The notes under the pieces: generated by a model | What the model saw: only the letters and a program-made list of their open reading frames with translations | What the model was told of the DNA's origin: nothing | The model's database searches: none | In this document: piece after piece, positions 39,498 through 52,518 of the stretch | Numbering within the stretch: position 1 is the first letter of the stretch | Layout: each line of letters opens with the position of its first letter | Made by a program: the position numbers and the translations under genes | NCBI RefSeq assembly: GCF_006345805.1 | Contig: NC_043006.1 | Location: forward strand, 69,812,001-69,876,000 | Reading direction: 5' to 3' | Origin: Octopus sinensis | Lineage: Eukaryota | Length of the DNA: 64,000 bases

Positions 39498-40270
39498 GCC
39501 TTCGAAATGAGTAGTTGAAACAGGGACAACTGAAGAAGTGGAATATTCTTTATGTTGTATGTCTCGTTTCTCTGGGGTTTTTTTGTTCGAAAAAAAGCTC
39601 GTTTCTATGGTTTTGTTTTTATGTTTTCTCATTGTTTTCAACGTTTTTTTTATGTCCTGTACCGTTATATGCATGTATATATACGTATATATGTAGGTAT
39701 GTATATATATGTATGTATATATGCATATATTTATACATTATTTATATTATTATATGATCGAACGCCACGCATCCTTTTCCAAGTAAGTTTTATCTTAACA
39801 ACAATATTAGTCAGATCGGCTCGCATACTAAGGCCAGCTCTAAGACAAAAGCTAAACGTTGTAGTGTTTGAAAAATAGTGAACGGTTGTAGAATGGAGAA
39901 TATTTCTGACGCAATGGATAAGAGTGATCCTCCTTGTCTGTATTTAACACCTCTTCAGAATTTAATAAAATTATGAAATAATGTTATCTAGTATTATCGG
40001 ATAATGAATTAAACCTAGCAAGTCGAAGTTCTAGCAAGCTAGAAGTTCATTCCTTAATAATTAATACAACAGGCTGCTGTAATATTTGCAGTTTTCTAGA
40101 AAGACAAATTCATTTGTGAATGTTGAAATGCATCATCGATTATGCTTCTGGTTGTGTTGGTTAGAAGATTTCTTTAGCTTCAATATCACCTTCAAGACAG
40201 TGTCACAGTATGGTCACATTTCAATGACTGTAAACAAGTAAAAAATAAAAGTTAAAAGATATATCTACAA

Positions 40271-40427
40271 ACAGGAGTGGCTGTGTGGTAAGTAGCTTGC
40301 TTACCAACCATATGGTTTCGGGTTCAGTCCTACTGCGTGGCACCTTGGGCAAGTGTCTTGTACTATAGCCTCGAGCCGACCAAAGCCTTGTGGGCGGTTT
40401 TGGTAGACGGAAACTGAAAGAAGCCTG

Positions 40428-40471
<44 letters not shown>

Positions 40472-40705
40472 GTGTGTGTGTGTGTGTGTGTGTATGTGTG
40501 TGTGTGTGTGTTTTTGTTCCCCCAAATCACTTGACAACCGATGCTGGTGTGTTTACGTCCCCGTAACTTAGCGGTTCGGCAAAAGAGACCGATAGAATAA
40601 GTACTAGGCTTCCAAAGAATAAGTTCTGGGGTCGATTTGCTCGACTAAATGCGGTGCTCCAGCATATCTATAGTCAAATGACTGAAACAAGTAAAAGAAT
40701 AAAAG
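40271..40705 (+). mobile_element. SINE family B, full length
   Basis: Head, internal TA/TG microsatellite, 3' half ending gtaaaagaataaaagaata. Confidence 0.9.
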
Positions 40706-42234
40706 AATAAACATAAGGAGGGACTTTTTTTTATTTCTATTTGAAAAACAAAATGTCTCATGCAGATAGAAATACTTCAAGTTGTTTGATGTGTATAACG
40801 TTAACATTAATTACTCCTGTCTAGATTTCGTTCTTTGAAACAGGAGGATTTCATTTACCTACCTGCAAAGTCAGAGAAAGATGAAATTGTATTGTGCATC
40901 GGTGTGTCAGAAGCCGGAGTATGTTATCAGTGATTTTTGCCAGTCAAACTTATGATCCTTTTCTGGATTCCACCTCAGATGTCTGTGAATGCAGTAATAA
41001 CACAATCCCGATATGAGAACAATATTTTATTGTGGCCTTCACAATGAATGATATAATTATGCCCTTTTTATCAACTGGAAAAACAGCTATAATTACATAG
41101 TCTCTATTCATGCACGCACCTGATACGACCAAGGTAAATCAACTAATCCGCTTAAGAATTTTTTCTTTCTCTAGTGTTGATTTTAGGGCAGATTTTTAGT
41201 CCACCTAATGGTGTCTCTAGAAACTATAAATGAATTACAACCAACGATTCCAAGGGAAGCTTTACCTGTCATTTACAAGTCTTTGAGAGAAAATCCAACC
41301 CATTGTTCTGCCTATAGAAATAGCCTGGAACATACTTGACAACTTTTGTTGAGTCTTGGTAGAGTCATTCTCTTTTAGTGTCTTATTATTTAACACACTC
41401 ACCGGTAAAGTTTCCATTCATTTACTTATTAATTTTTCCTTTTCAATAGTCGTTGATTTTGTCCGTTATCCGAGCTGCGTTCTTCCATCCTTATTTGTCC
41501 TGAACATGCACCGGTTGTCATTGTTTCTCTGAGATGCTGGAAACAGTCAAACGTATCCTTTAGCAAGAAGAGTCTACTTAAATACTTCTGCTACTAATGC
41601 TGTTCCTTAGTGGCTTATTATAAGCTGATTTACTTGAATTTCTAATAAGACCAAGAAAGATCATTCTTACAATAGTATTGTTCCGACATCACTGCTGTTC
41701 AACAATACTGGGCAGTAGCAACAGCATGCAAAATTCGTCCATATGCTGGTTCTACTACGTCACATGAACTGACTGATGTGCTAATGAATTTTAGACATCT
41801 ATTAACAATGAGCGTTCGGACTCACTACTGCCCCACCACAACAACATTAAACATCTTCGTTTAACCGAGGTATTTTATATCTATTTATTTTGCTGAGAAT
41901 GAACTATAACTAAATATTAATTAATTTGGACTACGCCCACCTGAATATACTCATAAGTAATTGTCGAGTGCTTATGGCCTTAAAGAGCCGAGCCAGTCAT
42001 TAGAATGCTGTTCTAGCTATGTTGAGTACTTAATTTTACTAGGAGAAACTCTCAGTGATAGCGAGACCCCTCAAATGGTGCGATTTTCAGGGTTGTAAAT
42101 AAACATCACGAGGGACTCTTTATTTCTATTTGAAAAACAAAATGCCTCATGCAGACAGAAATGCTTCAAGGCTTTTGATATGTATAACGTTAATGTTAAT
42201 TACCCCTGTCTAGATATCATTCCTTGAATGATAA

Positions 42235-42800
42235 AGGTGTGTGTGGTGCGATTATATTTCCTTGATATGAATAATGTTGTAGCAGTCTCTTGCTGATGAA
42301 AGAAACTGGACTAGCATCAGAGGATGCTATTAGCAGTTTCACATTGAAGGATACTTTCGGATTCTCTGAACATGGAATAAATGCGTTAGACGTGTGGTGG
42401 TTAAGTTGTGAGTAGATAAAACATGGTCGAGAAAAATTAGAGAGGAGTGATATGTAGTTTCCTCTGCGTGAGAGTGAATGTTGTTGAATGTGTTAGCAAG
42501 TTATTGATGTTTGAAAAGATATGAGTGTGAGACAAAACAGAAACCTGGGAAATGTCGGAGTTAAAAGGATGAATAATTAGAAAGAACTTCATCAACATAC
42601 TCGGCAACAGCGCGATTTGATAGGAGACTATCACTGATGTCTAGAAAGATATGAGTATGGTTCAAAACCGAACCTTGGATAATGCCGGAGTTAATAGAAT
42701 GAGATATAAGAAAGAGTCCGACAACAGTTGCGGTTATAGTGCAATCTGATAGGAAGGTATGAGAGATGGGAAGTTTTGATAAGGGATTCATAAGACAGAC
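42235..42800 (-). mobile_element. Decayed L2/CR1-group LINE RT fragment with internal ~120-bp duplication
   Basis: Minus strand: INSGIIQGSVL..D.L...YVDE and again FNSDISQVSVLS..INNLL, then IHSHAEETT (degenerate IHSYADDTT) and VSFN. Confidence 0.6.
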
Positions 42801-43422
42801 CCTGTCGAAAGTTTTATAGTTATCCAGATTATTAATGACGTGTGGTGGTATCGTATTTTGTTATGCAACCATAATATATTACAAAGTATATCAAACTGTG
42901 TTCTGTTGTGATATCCGAGTGGTGACAGGGGAGAATAGGTCAGCTGTCGATCCGGATTACAGAAATTGTTCTGGTGGTCATTTACAGATCGACAAACAGA
43001 CAGAATTCCCTGCGCATCAGCGTGCGCGCGCGCGTGTGTGTGTGTGTGTGATGAAGGACGTTGTTAACAGTGGTCTCCATTATTTTAGAGATAGCAGAAA
43101 CGAATTCGATAGAGCAAAAAGATCAGGGTGATAATGTTGCCACTCTTGAAACTGGTGCACTCTGTAGTATGTTTCAAAAGATTAGAAGAGGTCTCTGTAG
43201 AAAGGGAAAGATTAATGAATCTCGGGTGTATAGTGGCTAGCTCCTAGACGCCATGTCTATTCGGAAACTAGAGGTTCTGGAATCGTTCGGTACTGCACAC
43301 TTTATGTAAAGTATATCAAAACCTGAACATGTATTAAACATGGAGGAAATCTCACCACCAAATACTGTCCACATGCTACATGGAGTATAATAGTAAAACA
43401 GAAATGCAAGAAACCATCGCAA

Positions 43423-43579
43423 GTGCAGGTGTGGCTGTCTAGTAATAAGATTGCTTCCGAACCACATGACTCTGGGTTCAGTCCCACTGGGTGGCAACAT
43501 GAACAGGTGTCTTCTAATATAGCCTCGGCCGACTAAAACCTTGTGAGTGGATTTGGTAGACGGAAACTGAAAGAAGCCC

Positions 43580-43622
<43 letters not shown>

Positions 43623-43835
43623 TATATATATATAATATATATATATACACATATGTGTGTGAGCGTGTCTGTGTGTGTATGTCTGTCTGTGTATGAGTCT
43701 GTGTGTGCGCGCGTGTGTGTGTGTGTGTGTTCGATAAAAAAGAGCCTAAAATAAGTACTGGGATCGACTAGAATATTTCAAAGCCGTGCCCCAGTATGGC
43801 CGCAGTCTAATGGCTGAAACGAGAATAAGATAAAA
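43423..43835 (+). mobile_element. SINE family B with expanded internal microsatellite and partial 3' half
   Basis: Family motifs at 43423-43590 and 43725-43835. Confidence 0.8.
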
Positions 43836-43999
43836 AGATAAAAGCTAGTCAGGCAGGCAGACAGGTAGATTGGCAGACAGGCAGACAGAGATAGAAACAC
43901 AGAGGTGATATAAAATGATGCTAGAAAATTATAACAGATAATAATTTCTTTATTGCCGACGGATTCTTACACATCCGTATAAAGAAATATTTCATAGAA

Positions 44000-44018
44000 A
44001 ATAATAATAATAATAATG

Positions 44019-44075
<57 letters not shown>

Positions 44076-44099
44076 GTTATAATATTAATAATAATAATG

Positions 44100-44159
<60 letters not shown>

Positions 44160-44160
44160 G

Positions 44161-44212
<52 letters not shown>

Positions 44213-44298
44213 AGAAGAAGAAGAAGAAGAAGAAGAGAAGAAGAAGAAGAAGAAGAAGAAGAAGAAGAAGAAGAAGAAGAAGAAGAAGAAGAAGAAGA
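44000..44298 (+). repeat. Compound (TAA)n-(TGA)n-(GAA)n microsatellite
   Basis: Direct reading. Confidence 0.97.
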
Positions 44299-44656
44299 AC
44301 ACTCAAACAGAGCAAACCTCCGCCAAAGCAACACCAACGTCCTCTCAATGATTAGCCAGAGATGATTATTAAAATAGAAATATCTGAAATATACTCGACT
44401 GCTCTCACAAACAAGAATACTATAAATGAACCCGACCGCTCTCAAAAATTAAGTAACAAAAGAGGAAAAATAATCAAAAATCATTGTCCGGTTCCGGATC
44501 GATCCCGAAATGCAATAAGTTTGTGCAAGTCATCAGGCCAAACATCCCTGAAAGTTTCCTCCGAATCTATCCAGCGGTTCTTGAGATATCTTATCCACGG
44601 ACAAACAAACAAACACGACTGAAAACAATACGTCCGCTTTCGCTAAGGCGGAGGTG
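44299..44656 (+). mobile_element. Helentron-type non-autonomous element (HINE/DINE-like)
   Basis: Subterminal IR cctccgcc (44317-44324) / ggcggagg (44647-44654); 3' hairpin cgtccgctttcgctaaggcggagg; internal (CAAA)n; second copy at 50831-51087. Confidence 0.6.
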
Positions 44657-44697
44657 ATGATAATAATAATCATAATAATAATAATAATAATAATAAA

Positions 44698-45251
44698 TGC
44701 CCTGATGCAGTAACAGGCTGTGGCTCTCATGGCTCCTGATCGTAACTGACTGGAAATGTTATCATGTACATTGTTATGTCTTGGTATAAAAGATGGGCTA
44801 CAACAAATATTCTGCTCAATACCACAGATTTGCTTCGTCAGTTGTTTGACCATAACGAGTTGTGCATGTCCCTTAGTGGCTGACGATATGTGCATCTCTG
44901 ATCACGAGCAGAGGTAGTGGGGGAGCATCATAGCCATGTGTTGAGAGGGATTCTTTGGGGTTTGAATAATTCACCTCTGGAAACATGGGCTTTTCGTTCA
45001 ACATCCTTAAGCAACCATTATTCATCGACCTTTTGAGCAGGATGAGCTACTCGACTAGAAGAAAATTCTAACTGGGCCCCACCTGCAAGGTCATGCGCTG
45101 TTTATCTTGATATGAGATCACCATGTCGCGTACATATGAATGTGATGCATGTGCCTAGTGTACCCTTATCAGATGGATAGTCATGATGGGTATACTGGGC
45201 TTCGTATATTTTACCCGTGTCATTCGATGGCATGGACTGCTCTCTCACTCA
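44698..45251 (+). mobile_element. Unclassified ~555-bp non-coding element X, copy 1, TAA-flanked
   Basis: tgccctgatgcagt..ctctctcactca; four copies in the window share both ends; strand assigned by the TAA flanks. Confidence 0.85.
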
Positions 45252-45317
45252 AAAATAATAATAATGGTTGTGGTGGTGGTGGTGGTGGTGGTGGTGGTGG
45301 TGGTGGTGGTTGTGGTA

Positions 45318-45370
<53 letters not shown>

Positions 45371-45385
45371 AATGATGATGATGAT

Positions 45386-46597
45386 AAATGAACTAATCAA
45401 AATAGACAGATAAACAAGAAAGATAATGCTAGAATTTAGGATGCACCACCCAAAACTGGCATCGAAAGGCTATATATACAACGTATCGAAGGTGGTAGAG
45501 GCCTTATACAGCTAGAAAATAATTACAAAATAACCACCATAGGGCTACAGAAATTCCAACCTCAGAAGCAAGGAAAACTAATACAAATAGCCATAAAACA
45601 CGAACAAAACAAAAGAACTGTTTTCTGTCTGTAAGAAAGCTGACAAATACAAAAGAGAAGACATAGTACCTAACAACTGTGAAGAAAAAGAAGAAACAAC
45701 AAAAGCTGTACAACAACTGAAATCCAAACTAAAACTGGAACAGCAATGGATCATGATAAAACAATGGCAAGAAAAGCCCTTTCATGACAAATATTGGAAA
45801 TAGACAAAGCAAAATCCCAACAATGGCTGAGAAGCTCAGGACTCAACGCAGAGACTGTAGGATTTTTAATTGCAGCACAAGACCAAAGCCTCCTCACCAG
45901 AAATTACCAAAAACATATAATGAAAAGAAATATAACAAGTAACTGCAGAATATGTGGAGATGGACAAGAAACAATAAACCATATTGTCTCTGGCTGCCCA
46001 GTCCTGGCTAAGAAGGAATATATTCACAGACACGACAGAGTTGGGATCTATAAATACTGGAAGCTAGGCCAACACTATGGAATAACAACAGAAAAAAAGA
46101 TGGTATAGGTACACCCCAGAAAAGGTCACAGAAAAGGAGAAAGCATCCATACTCTGGAATATGCCAAAGCACACAGATAGAGAAATTAAGGCCAAAAGGC
46201 CGGATATAGTTATCAGAGATCACCAAAAAACTCGATGCATCGATGCTTTCTAATCGATGTATCAATACCAACAGATAACAACGTTTCCTTAAAAGAAACG
46301 GAGTAACTTTTAAAATACAAAGATCTGGAAACAGAGGTAACTTGAATGTGGGGCCTAAAAACGGAAACAATTTCTATCATAGTAAGCGCATTAGGTATGA
46401 TGAAATATATTCAGATAAAATACATAACAAAAATAACAGGACTTATAACATAGCACTACTAGGCACCGCACACATCCTACGTAAAGCACTTTCAATACAG
46501 TGAAAATGAGAACATCGTAACAAACCACAGCACATACCCAAAGCACACGTTAGGCAGGCAGTGAACGCATGTGATAAAAACAAAGACTACTGAATAA
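45386..46597 (+). mobile_element. 5'-truncated R4/Dong copy (lineage D1) with deletions
   Basis: MHHPK..RLYIQRIEGGRGLIQL, AAQDQSL, CRICGDGQETINHI..CP..RHDRVG; 3' UTR ending aaagactactga then (TAA)n. Confidence 0.92.
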
Positions 46598-47526
46598 TAA
46601 AACTAATAATAATAATAATAATAATAATAACAACAACAACAACAATAACAGTAACAACAACGGCAACGACGATGGTGATGATAATGTTGATGGTCTCTCG
46701 CGTCAATTTCGACGGTGTATGAGTGTTTGCAGGAGAAAATTTAATTAGAAAGAAAAGGGTGAGAAAAGATAAGACAAAATAATTTGAAAAATAAAAGAGT
46801 TTGCGTCTGCTTGCGATGTATGCACGAACGTAATTTGAGCGACAGATATAGATTTTGCTATGAAGTTACAATGGAGACACTGTTGATTTTTTCTATTTTG
46901 TCTGGGATTGGACAAATGTGTCGGATGATTGTAAGATATAATTCTGTTATATTTCTGTTACTACAACTCGTTGTTTTGATGCATCAGGACATATTTTACG
47001 CCTGGCAGATTGATCCAGGCAATGATTTTCTGTAGAGACTTTAGCGATTGCTTTAACTTATCCTTATAGCTAAGGACGGGTCTGCCTTTACCGCGGGATC
47101 CTTCCACTTGCTGGCCATACAAAAGAATTTCCGGAATACGGTAATCTTTCTTTCGAACATGTTCTACCCATTTACACAGAATTCTCAGCAGTATACTTTT
47201 GACACCAGAACTATCATAATTTGCTAAGATTTCGACATTTGATATTTCATCTTGCTATTTTTCTTGCCATTTTCTGTTGCAGATATAGACAGTACATGTG
47301 AAAGGTTTCAAGTTTCTTTATATGTCAATATAGGGAGTTCATGCTTCTGCCTATTCAAAAGTGTGCCCAGAATACAGGAACGTATGCAAGAAATGTATAC
47401 ACTTATTTAGTTTTCGACTTGACCTAGCATTTTATACACTGAATCGTGAGGCGCTTTGAAAAAAATTGTCAGATGTTGGTCTTCCTGATTAACTAGTAAC
47501 AATAATAATAATAATAATAATAATTA

Positions 47527-48081
47527 GCTCTGATGCAGTACCAGGCAGTGGCTCTCATGGCTTCTGATCTTAACTGATTGGAAGTGTTATCATGTACATT
47601 GTTTTGTCTTGGTATAAAAGATGGGCTACAGCAAATATTCTGCTCAATACCACAGATTTGCTTGTCAGTTGTTTGACCTTAACCAGTTGACCATATCCCT
47701 TAGTGGCTGACGATATGTGCATCTCTGATCACGAGCAGAAGTAGTGGGAGAGCATCATAGCCATGTGTTGAGAGGGATTCTTTGGGGTTTGAATAGTTCA
47801 CCTCTGGAAACATGGGTGGTTCTTTCAACATCCTTAAACAACCCTTATTCAGGGACCGTTTGAGCGGGATGGGCTACTCAACTTGAAGAAAATTCTAACT
47901 GGGCCCCACCTGCAAGGTCATGTGCTGTTTATCTTGATATGAGATCACCATGTCGCGCACATATGGTTGTGATGCATGTGCCTGGTGTACCTTTATCAGA
48001 CAGGTAGTCATGATGGGTATATTGGGCTTCATATATTTTACCCCAGTGTCACTTTGATGGCATGAACTGCTCTCTCACTCA
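47527..48081 (+). mobile_element. Element X, copy 2
   Basis: Homologous end to end to copy 1; (TAA)n on both sides. Confidence 0.85.
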
Positions 48082-48175
48082 ATAATAATAATAATAATAA
48101 TAATGATTATTATCATTATTATTATTGTTGTTGTTGTTGTTGCTGTTGTTGTTGTTGTTGTTGTTTATATTATCT

Positions 48176-48567
48176 CAAATTTTTGTCACTAAGGCTGCAC
48201 GGGGGTGATGGGGACGAGTCGGTTACATCGACCCCCAGTGTTTAACTGGTTCTTATTTTATCGATCCCCGAAAGAATGTAAGGCAAAGTAGACCTCGGCG
48301 AAATTTGAACTCAGAACGTAGCGACGAGCGAAATACCCATTTCTTTACTACCCACAAAGGGCTAAACACAGAGGGGATAAACAAGGACAGACAACTGGAT
48401 TAAGTCGATTATATCAACCCCAGTGCGTAACTGGTACTTATTTAATCGATCCCGAAAGATGAAAGGCAAAGTCGACCTCGGCGGAATTTGAACTCAGAAC
48501 GTAGCGACAGACGAAATACCGCCAAGCTTTTCGCCCGGCGTGCTAACGTTTCTGCCAGCTCGCCGTC
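48176..48567 (-). mobile_element. SINE family A composite (A2 unit + A1 unit + head)
   Basis: Family motifs; junction gaaatacccatttcttt. Confidence 0.85.
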
Positions 48568-48568
48568 T

Positions 48569-48627
<59 letters not shown>

Positions 48628-48728
48628 TTACTACTAATAATAATAATACTAATACAACTACTAATACTACTACTACTACTACTACAAATACTACTACTAC
48701 TACTACTAATAATAATAATAATAATAGT

Positions 48729-48783
<55 letters not shown>

Positions 48784-48794
48784 TTAACAACAAC

Positions 48795-48827
<33 letters not shown>

Positions 48828-49505
48828 AAAGGAAATTTTTTTCTAACAGCTGAACAATGATTAAGAACATCGGAGGAACGATATGCCAGATGCTAAAATA
48901 GCAAGGAACATTTGGTCTGATATTTGGAGCAAAGAATTTTAATATAACAGGGAAGTGGACTATTTCAAAGGGAAATGGAAAATAGATCAAAATAGCAAAG
49001 TATGATATTATAGATGAGGAAATGAAAGAAATTCTTAAGAAAAATACCAAATTGGAAAACCCCTGGACCAGATGATGTTCAGGGTATCTGACTTTAAAAA
49101 ATCCCTCAAATATGCACAGTTATTTACATTAATTTCTTAGTGACTGTATAGAAAATAGAACGCCAATATGGATAGTAAAAATAAAAACAGCGGTAATATA
49201 GGACATGGAGAAAAGGCAGGAAGTAAGTAATTATAGATTTATTACACGCTCCCCATTCCGCTGGAAATTATTAAACTAGCCTCATAACAAATGAATTATA
49301 TAATTTTCTCTAGAAGGAGCAAAAGGGATGCAGAAGGAAGTCAGTGGGAACTGCTGTTCTTTTGTATATTGATAGTAAAGCACCAGATGAGATACGAGTC
49401 GTAAGAAGTTAGCTGTTGGCTGCAAGGAGTACATGAGAGCTTACGCCAACGTTCCATTCTGCTGGCTTTTGGAGTGCCTGCTGACGTTTGAGGTTAATGA
49501 GAAAA
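48828..49505 (+). mobile_element. Decayed R4/Dong RT fragment (lineage D9)
   Basis: NIWSDIWSK..NWKTPGPDDVQG..QKGCRRKS; follows a TAC/TAA/GAA tract. Confidence 0.65.
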
Positions 49506-49507
49506 TA

Positions 49508-50825
49508 AACAGATCGCCCACTCCCGGTAAAGATAGAATGCCAAATTTCTGGCTCGCATCACTCCCATGTGCACACAGAATGTTACTTCAGCTGTTATAA
49601 AATTTTATCAGCTATCCTTCGTCGTGGAGAAACCATATACATTTATGGAAGAGAACGCTGTTTCCCCCACTGGATAAAGAGGGTGCCATCGAGGGTCATA
49701 TGGACGCAAACACCAACTCATAATCAGTTGCATGATCCTTGAGAATTATCAGAGCAAGCACAATAATCTCAGTTCCGCATGGATTGATTAGAAAAGGGCT
49801 TTCGATAGCAAACCGCATTCGTGGATCATGAAACGCTAGACATCTTCCTGTGATTTCTAACTTTCTGGAATACAAATCTTCCGTCATATCACGATAATTG
49901 AATACTACCTTCAAATAATATTAACAATTGTGGCATTTTCCAAGGTGACTCACTTTCACCTCTAATTTTATACGTAGCTGTAATACTCCTTACAAGTGAA
50001 CTTAACAGAACAGGGTATGTTAACAGAATTGACAATAAAATGATAATCTATTGTACAGACAATAATGAACTTGAAGACTTATTGCGTACTGTGAAAGCAC
50101 TCTGTGCTGACATCGAGATGGAGTTTGGTCTTGTTAAGTGTGTCAAGGCCACTTTCCAGAAAGGGAAATTGAAGACCACAATTTCAGTTGTGTTAGATGT
50201 TGACATAGTTATAGAAGAATTGAGCAAGGACAAACCTGTAAATACCTAAGAACAGGTAAACACTCTGGCATCCAGTACACGAACATGGAAGAGAAGATCA
50301 GGAAGGAATGTTATAGGAAAGTTCAAGCAGTCCTGAAATCTGAAATAAATGCACATAACAAGGTGTGAAACATAAATTCCTTAACAGTTCCAGTCGTTAC
50401 TTATAGCTTCAATGTGTTGATCTGGAATATCAGTGAAGTAAAGAAAATTTACAGAAAAATATGCAAGCTGTTAAATTGTAATAGGATGCACCACCCAAAC
50501 GTAGACGTTGATCGTCTTTACCTCTCCAGAGCCCAAGGAAGTCGAGGCTTGATCCAGTTTGAAATCTCTTGCAAAACACGACAAATGGGCTGGCCAAATA
50601 TCTTGAAACAACAAACTGGATGCTAAAACTCGTTGAAAATCACGATAGTTGTAAAGAGAGCAAAAACAGTTACTATTGATCTCATGCCTGATACCCAAGT
50701 TCAACAAACAGAGGGAAGTGTGACAACTGTTGTTGCAAAGAACGGTAAAATTAATGGCAAAGAAAAAGCACACGAGCAACTGGCCGATAGGTGAGAAGAG
50801 AAACCTCTGCATGGCAAATATGTGG
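49508..50825 (+). mobile_element. Decayed R4/Dong copy related to lineage D3
   Basis: PGKDRMPNFWLASLPCAH, AWID*KRAFDS, GIFQGDSLSP, MHHPNVDVDRLYLSRAQGSRGLIQFE, PLHGKYV closely parallel the D3 translation. Confidence 0.85.
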
Positions 50826-50830
50826 TTCAC

Positions 50831-51087
50831 CTGCTCTCACAAATGGGAATACTAAAAATGAACCCGACCGCTCTCAAAAATTAAGTAAAAAAAAAACAGG
50901 AAAAATAATCCGTAATCCTTGTCCAGTACCAGATCGATCTCAAAATCTAATCAGTTCGTGCCAGTTACGAGGCCAAACATCCCTGAAAGTTTCATTTGAA
51001 TCCAACCAGCGGTTCTTGAGATATCTTGCCCACGGTCAAACAAACACGACTGAAAACAACACCTTCGCCTTCGCTAAGGCGGAGGTA
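50831..51087 (+). mobile_element. Helentron-type HINE/DINE-like element, copy 2 (5'-truncated)
   Basis: aatgaacccgaccgctctcaaaaattaagt..ccttcgccttcgctaaggcggaggta, homologous to 44400-44656. Confidence 0.6.
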
Positions 51088-51099
51088 ATAAGGCAGTGG

Positions 51100-51607
51100 C
51101 ATACTTGAACTAGATAATATACAAGTGTTACAAAATAAAAGACATGTGAGAACTGATATGAACATCAGTTGAACATGGTCAGAGACAACAGCGATATCAC
51201 CTTCCTCTGAGGAATGACCATCCACACTGACAGAGAGATAAAAGCCAACATTTCTGACATCGTTATCAAAGAAGTGAAAAGGACAACGTTATGATATCTT
51301 CAAACAGAAATACCATGAAAGACACAGAAAAGCTGAATGAGTAGAGAGACCTGGAGACTGAAATCAATGGAATGCGGAATATGAAGACTGACATAAGACC
51401 AGAGGTATTTAGCTTCACTAGAACTCATGAGGAAGATAATGGATAAAGTACACCAACCGTATCCCGGTTGACACCGACATTTATACAGTGTAGTAAAACG
51501 TCTTGGAACAGGTCATATACTACGGGAAGTGTACATAAGCTGTTCCAAGTTGTGATCGAGGCACAACCTGGAACGGCACCACAGGATGTGAAGTAGGAAT
51601 TACAAAA
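51100..51607 (+). mobile_element. Decayed R4/Dong 3' end (lineage D5)
   Basis: TIHTDREIKANISDIVIK, EKL..RDLETEI, GTGHILREV; followed by a (TAA/CAA) tract. Confidence 0.7.
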
Positions 51608-51650
51608 AATAATAACAAAAACAACAACAATAACAATAATGATGATGATG

Positions 51651-51699
<49 letters not shown>

Positions 51700-51908
51700 T
51701 AATAATAATAATAATAATAATAATATGTTTTTCAGGCGAATGTATCTTAAAACGGTAATACGGTGGTGTATGATTTTGAGTGAGATCTGAGCGTTTGATA
51801 TTGGCTTTCCCATGCAAATACTACTACTACAACTACTACTACTACTACTACTTATAATAATAATAATAATAATAATAATAATTATAATAATAATGATGAT
51901 GATGATGT

Positions 51909-51948
<40 letters not shown>

Positions 51949-52036
51949 AGAAGAAGAAGAAGAAGAAGAGAAGAAGAAGAAGAAGAAGAAGAAGAAGAAG
52001 AAGAAGAAGAAGAAGAAGAAGAAGAAGAAGAAGAAG

Positions 52037-52133
52037 AAAACGGCACTGCTCGGAGCTGCTCGATGCAACTCTGGATGGTGCTCGAAAAATAAGGGGTGTT
52101 ACATTAGTTCACTTAGTGAACAGCTGGCACCGT
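52037..52133 (+). mobile_element. Very short R4/Dong 3' end (lineage D7)
   Basis: KTALLGAAR plus the UTR aaataaggggtgttac..agtgaacagctggcaccgt shared with 53103-53321. Confidence 0.75.
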
Positions 52134-52149
52134 TGATTCGTCATTCAGT

Positions 52150-52502
52150 GTGATAGGATGATTGAGGCAAGAAGGTCAGACATTTTTAGTCGTCAAAAAG
52201 AGTGAAAAACAGGCCCAAGTTATCGATATCTCTATTTCAAGAGATAGTAGTGAAAGATAGAGAATAAAGGATAAAGTGTTGGAGATGTATGAGCCGCTGA
52301 AGAAGGTTGGATTTTCATGCAGAAGACAGCACTTCTTGGTACAGCAAGGATTATACGGAAAATCTTGAATTTGTAAGGAAGAGGAGGGGACCTTTATCAA
52401 GTTGACTTTGAAAGGAAAAGTAAGGGACCTCTGTCAAACTGTTGCTGACGGCTCTCTAATTGAAATGTCTGGACCGTTTAACATTTAAGTGTCTATGAAA
52501 GA
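52150..52502 (+). mobile_element. Internally deleted R4/Dong 3' end (lineage D8)
   Basis: RRSDI..IDISI..QKTALLGTARIIRKILNL*, with a distinct UTR ending at (TAA)n. Confidence 0.7.
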
Positions 52503-52518
52503 ATAATAATAATATTAA

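Noticed and set aside
42293-42306. Hammerhead-like CTGATGA..GAAAC (also CTGANGA at ~11905, 15236, 44880, 62177)
   Set aside because: No stem II/III pairing or cleavage triplet in the right topology at any of these sites.
47284-47360. EGF-like exon (DID..C..N.GS.C.C) after a strong acceptor
   Set aside because: Cysteine number and spacing do not fit EGF, and there is no good donor before the stop.
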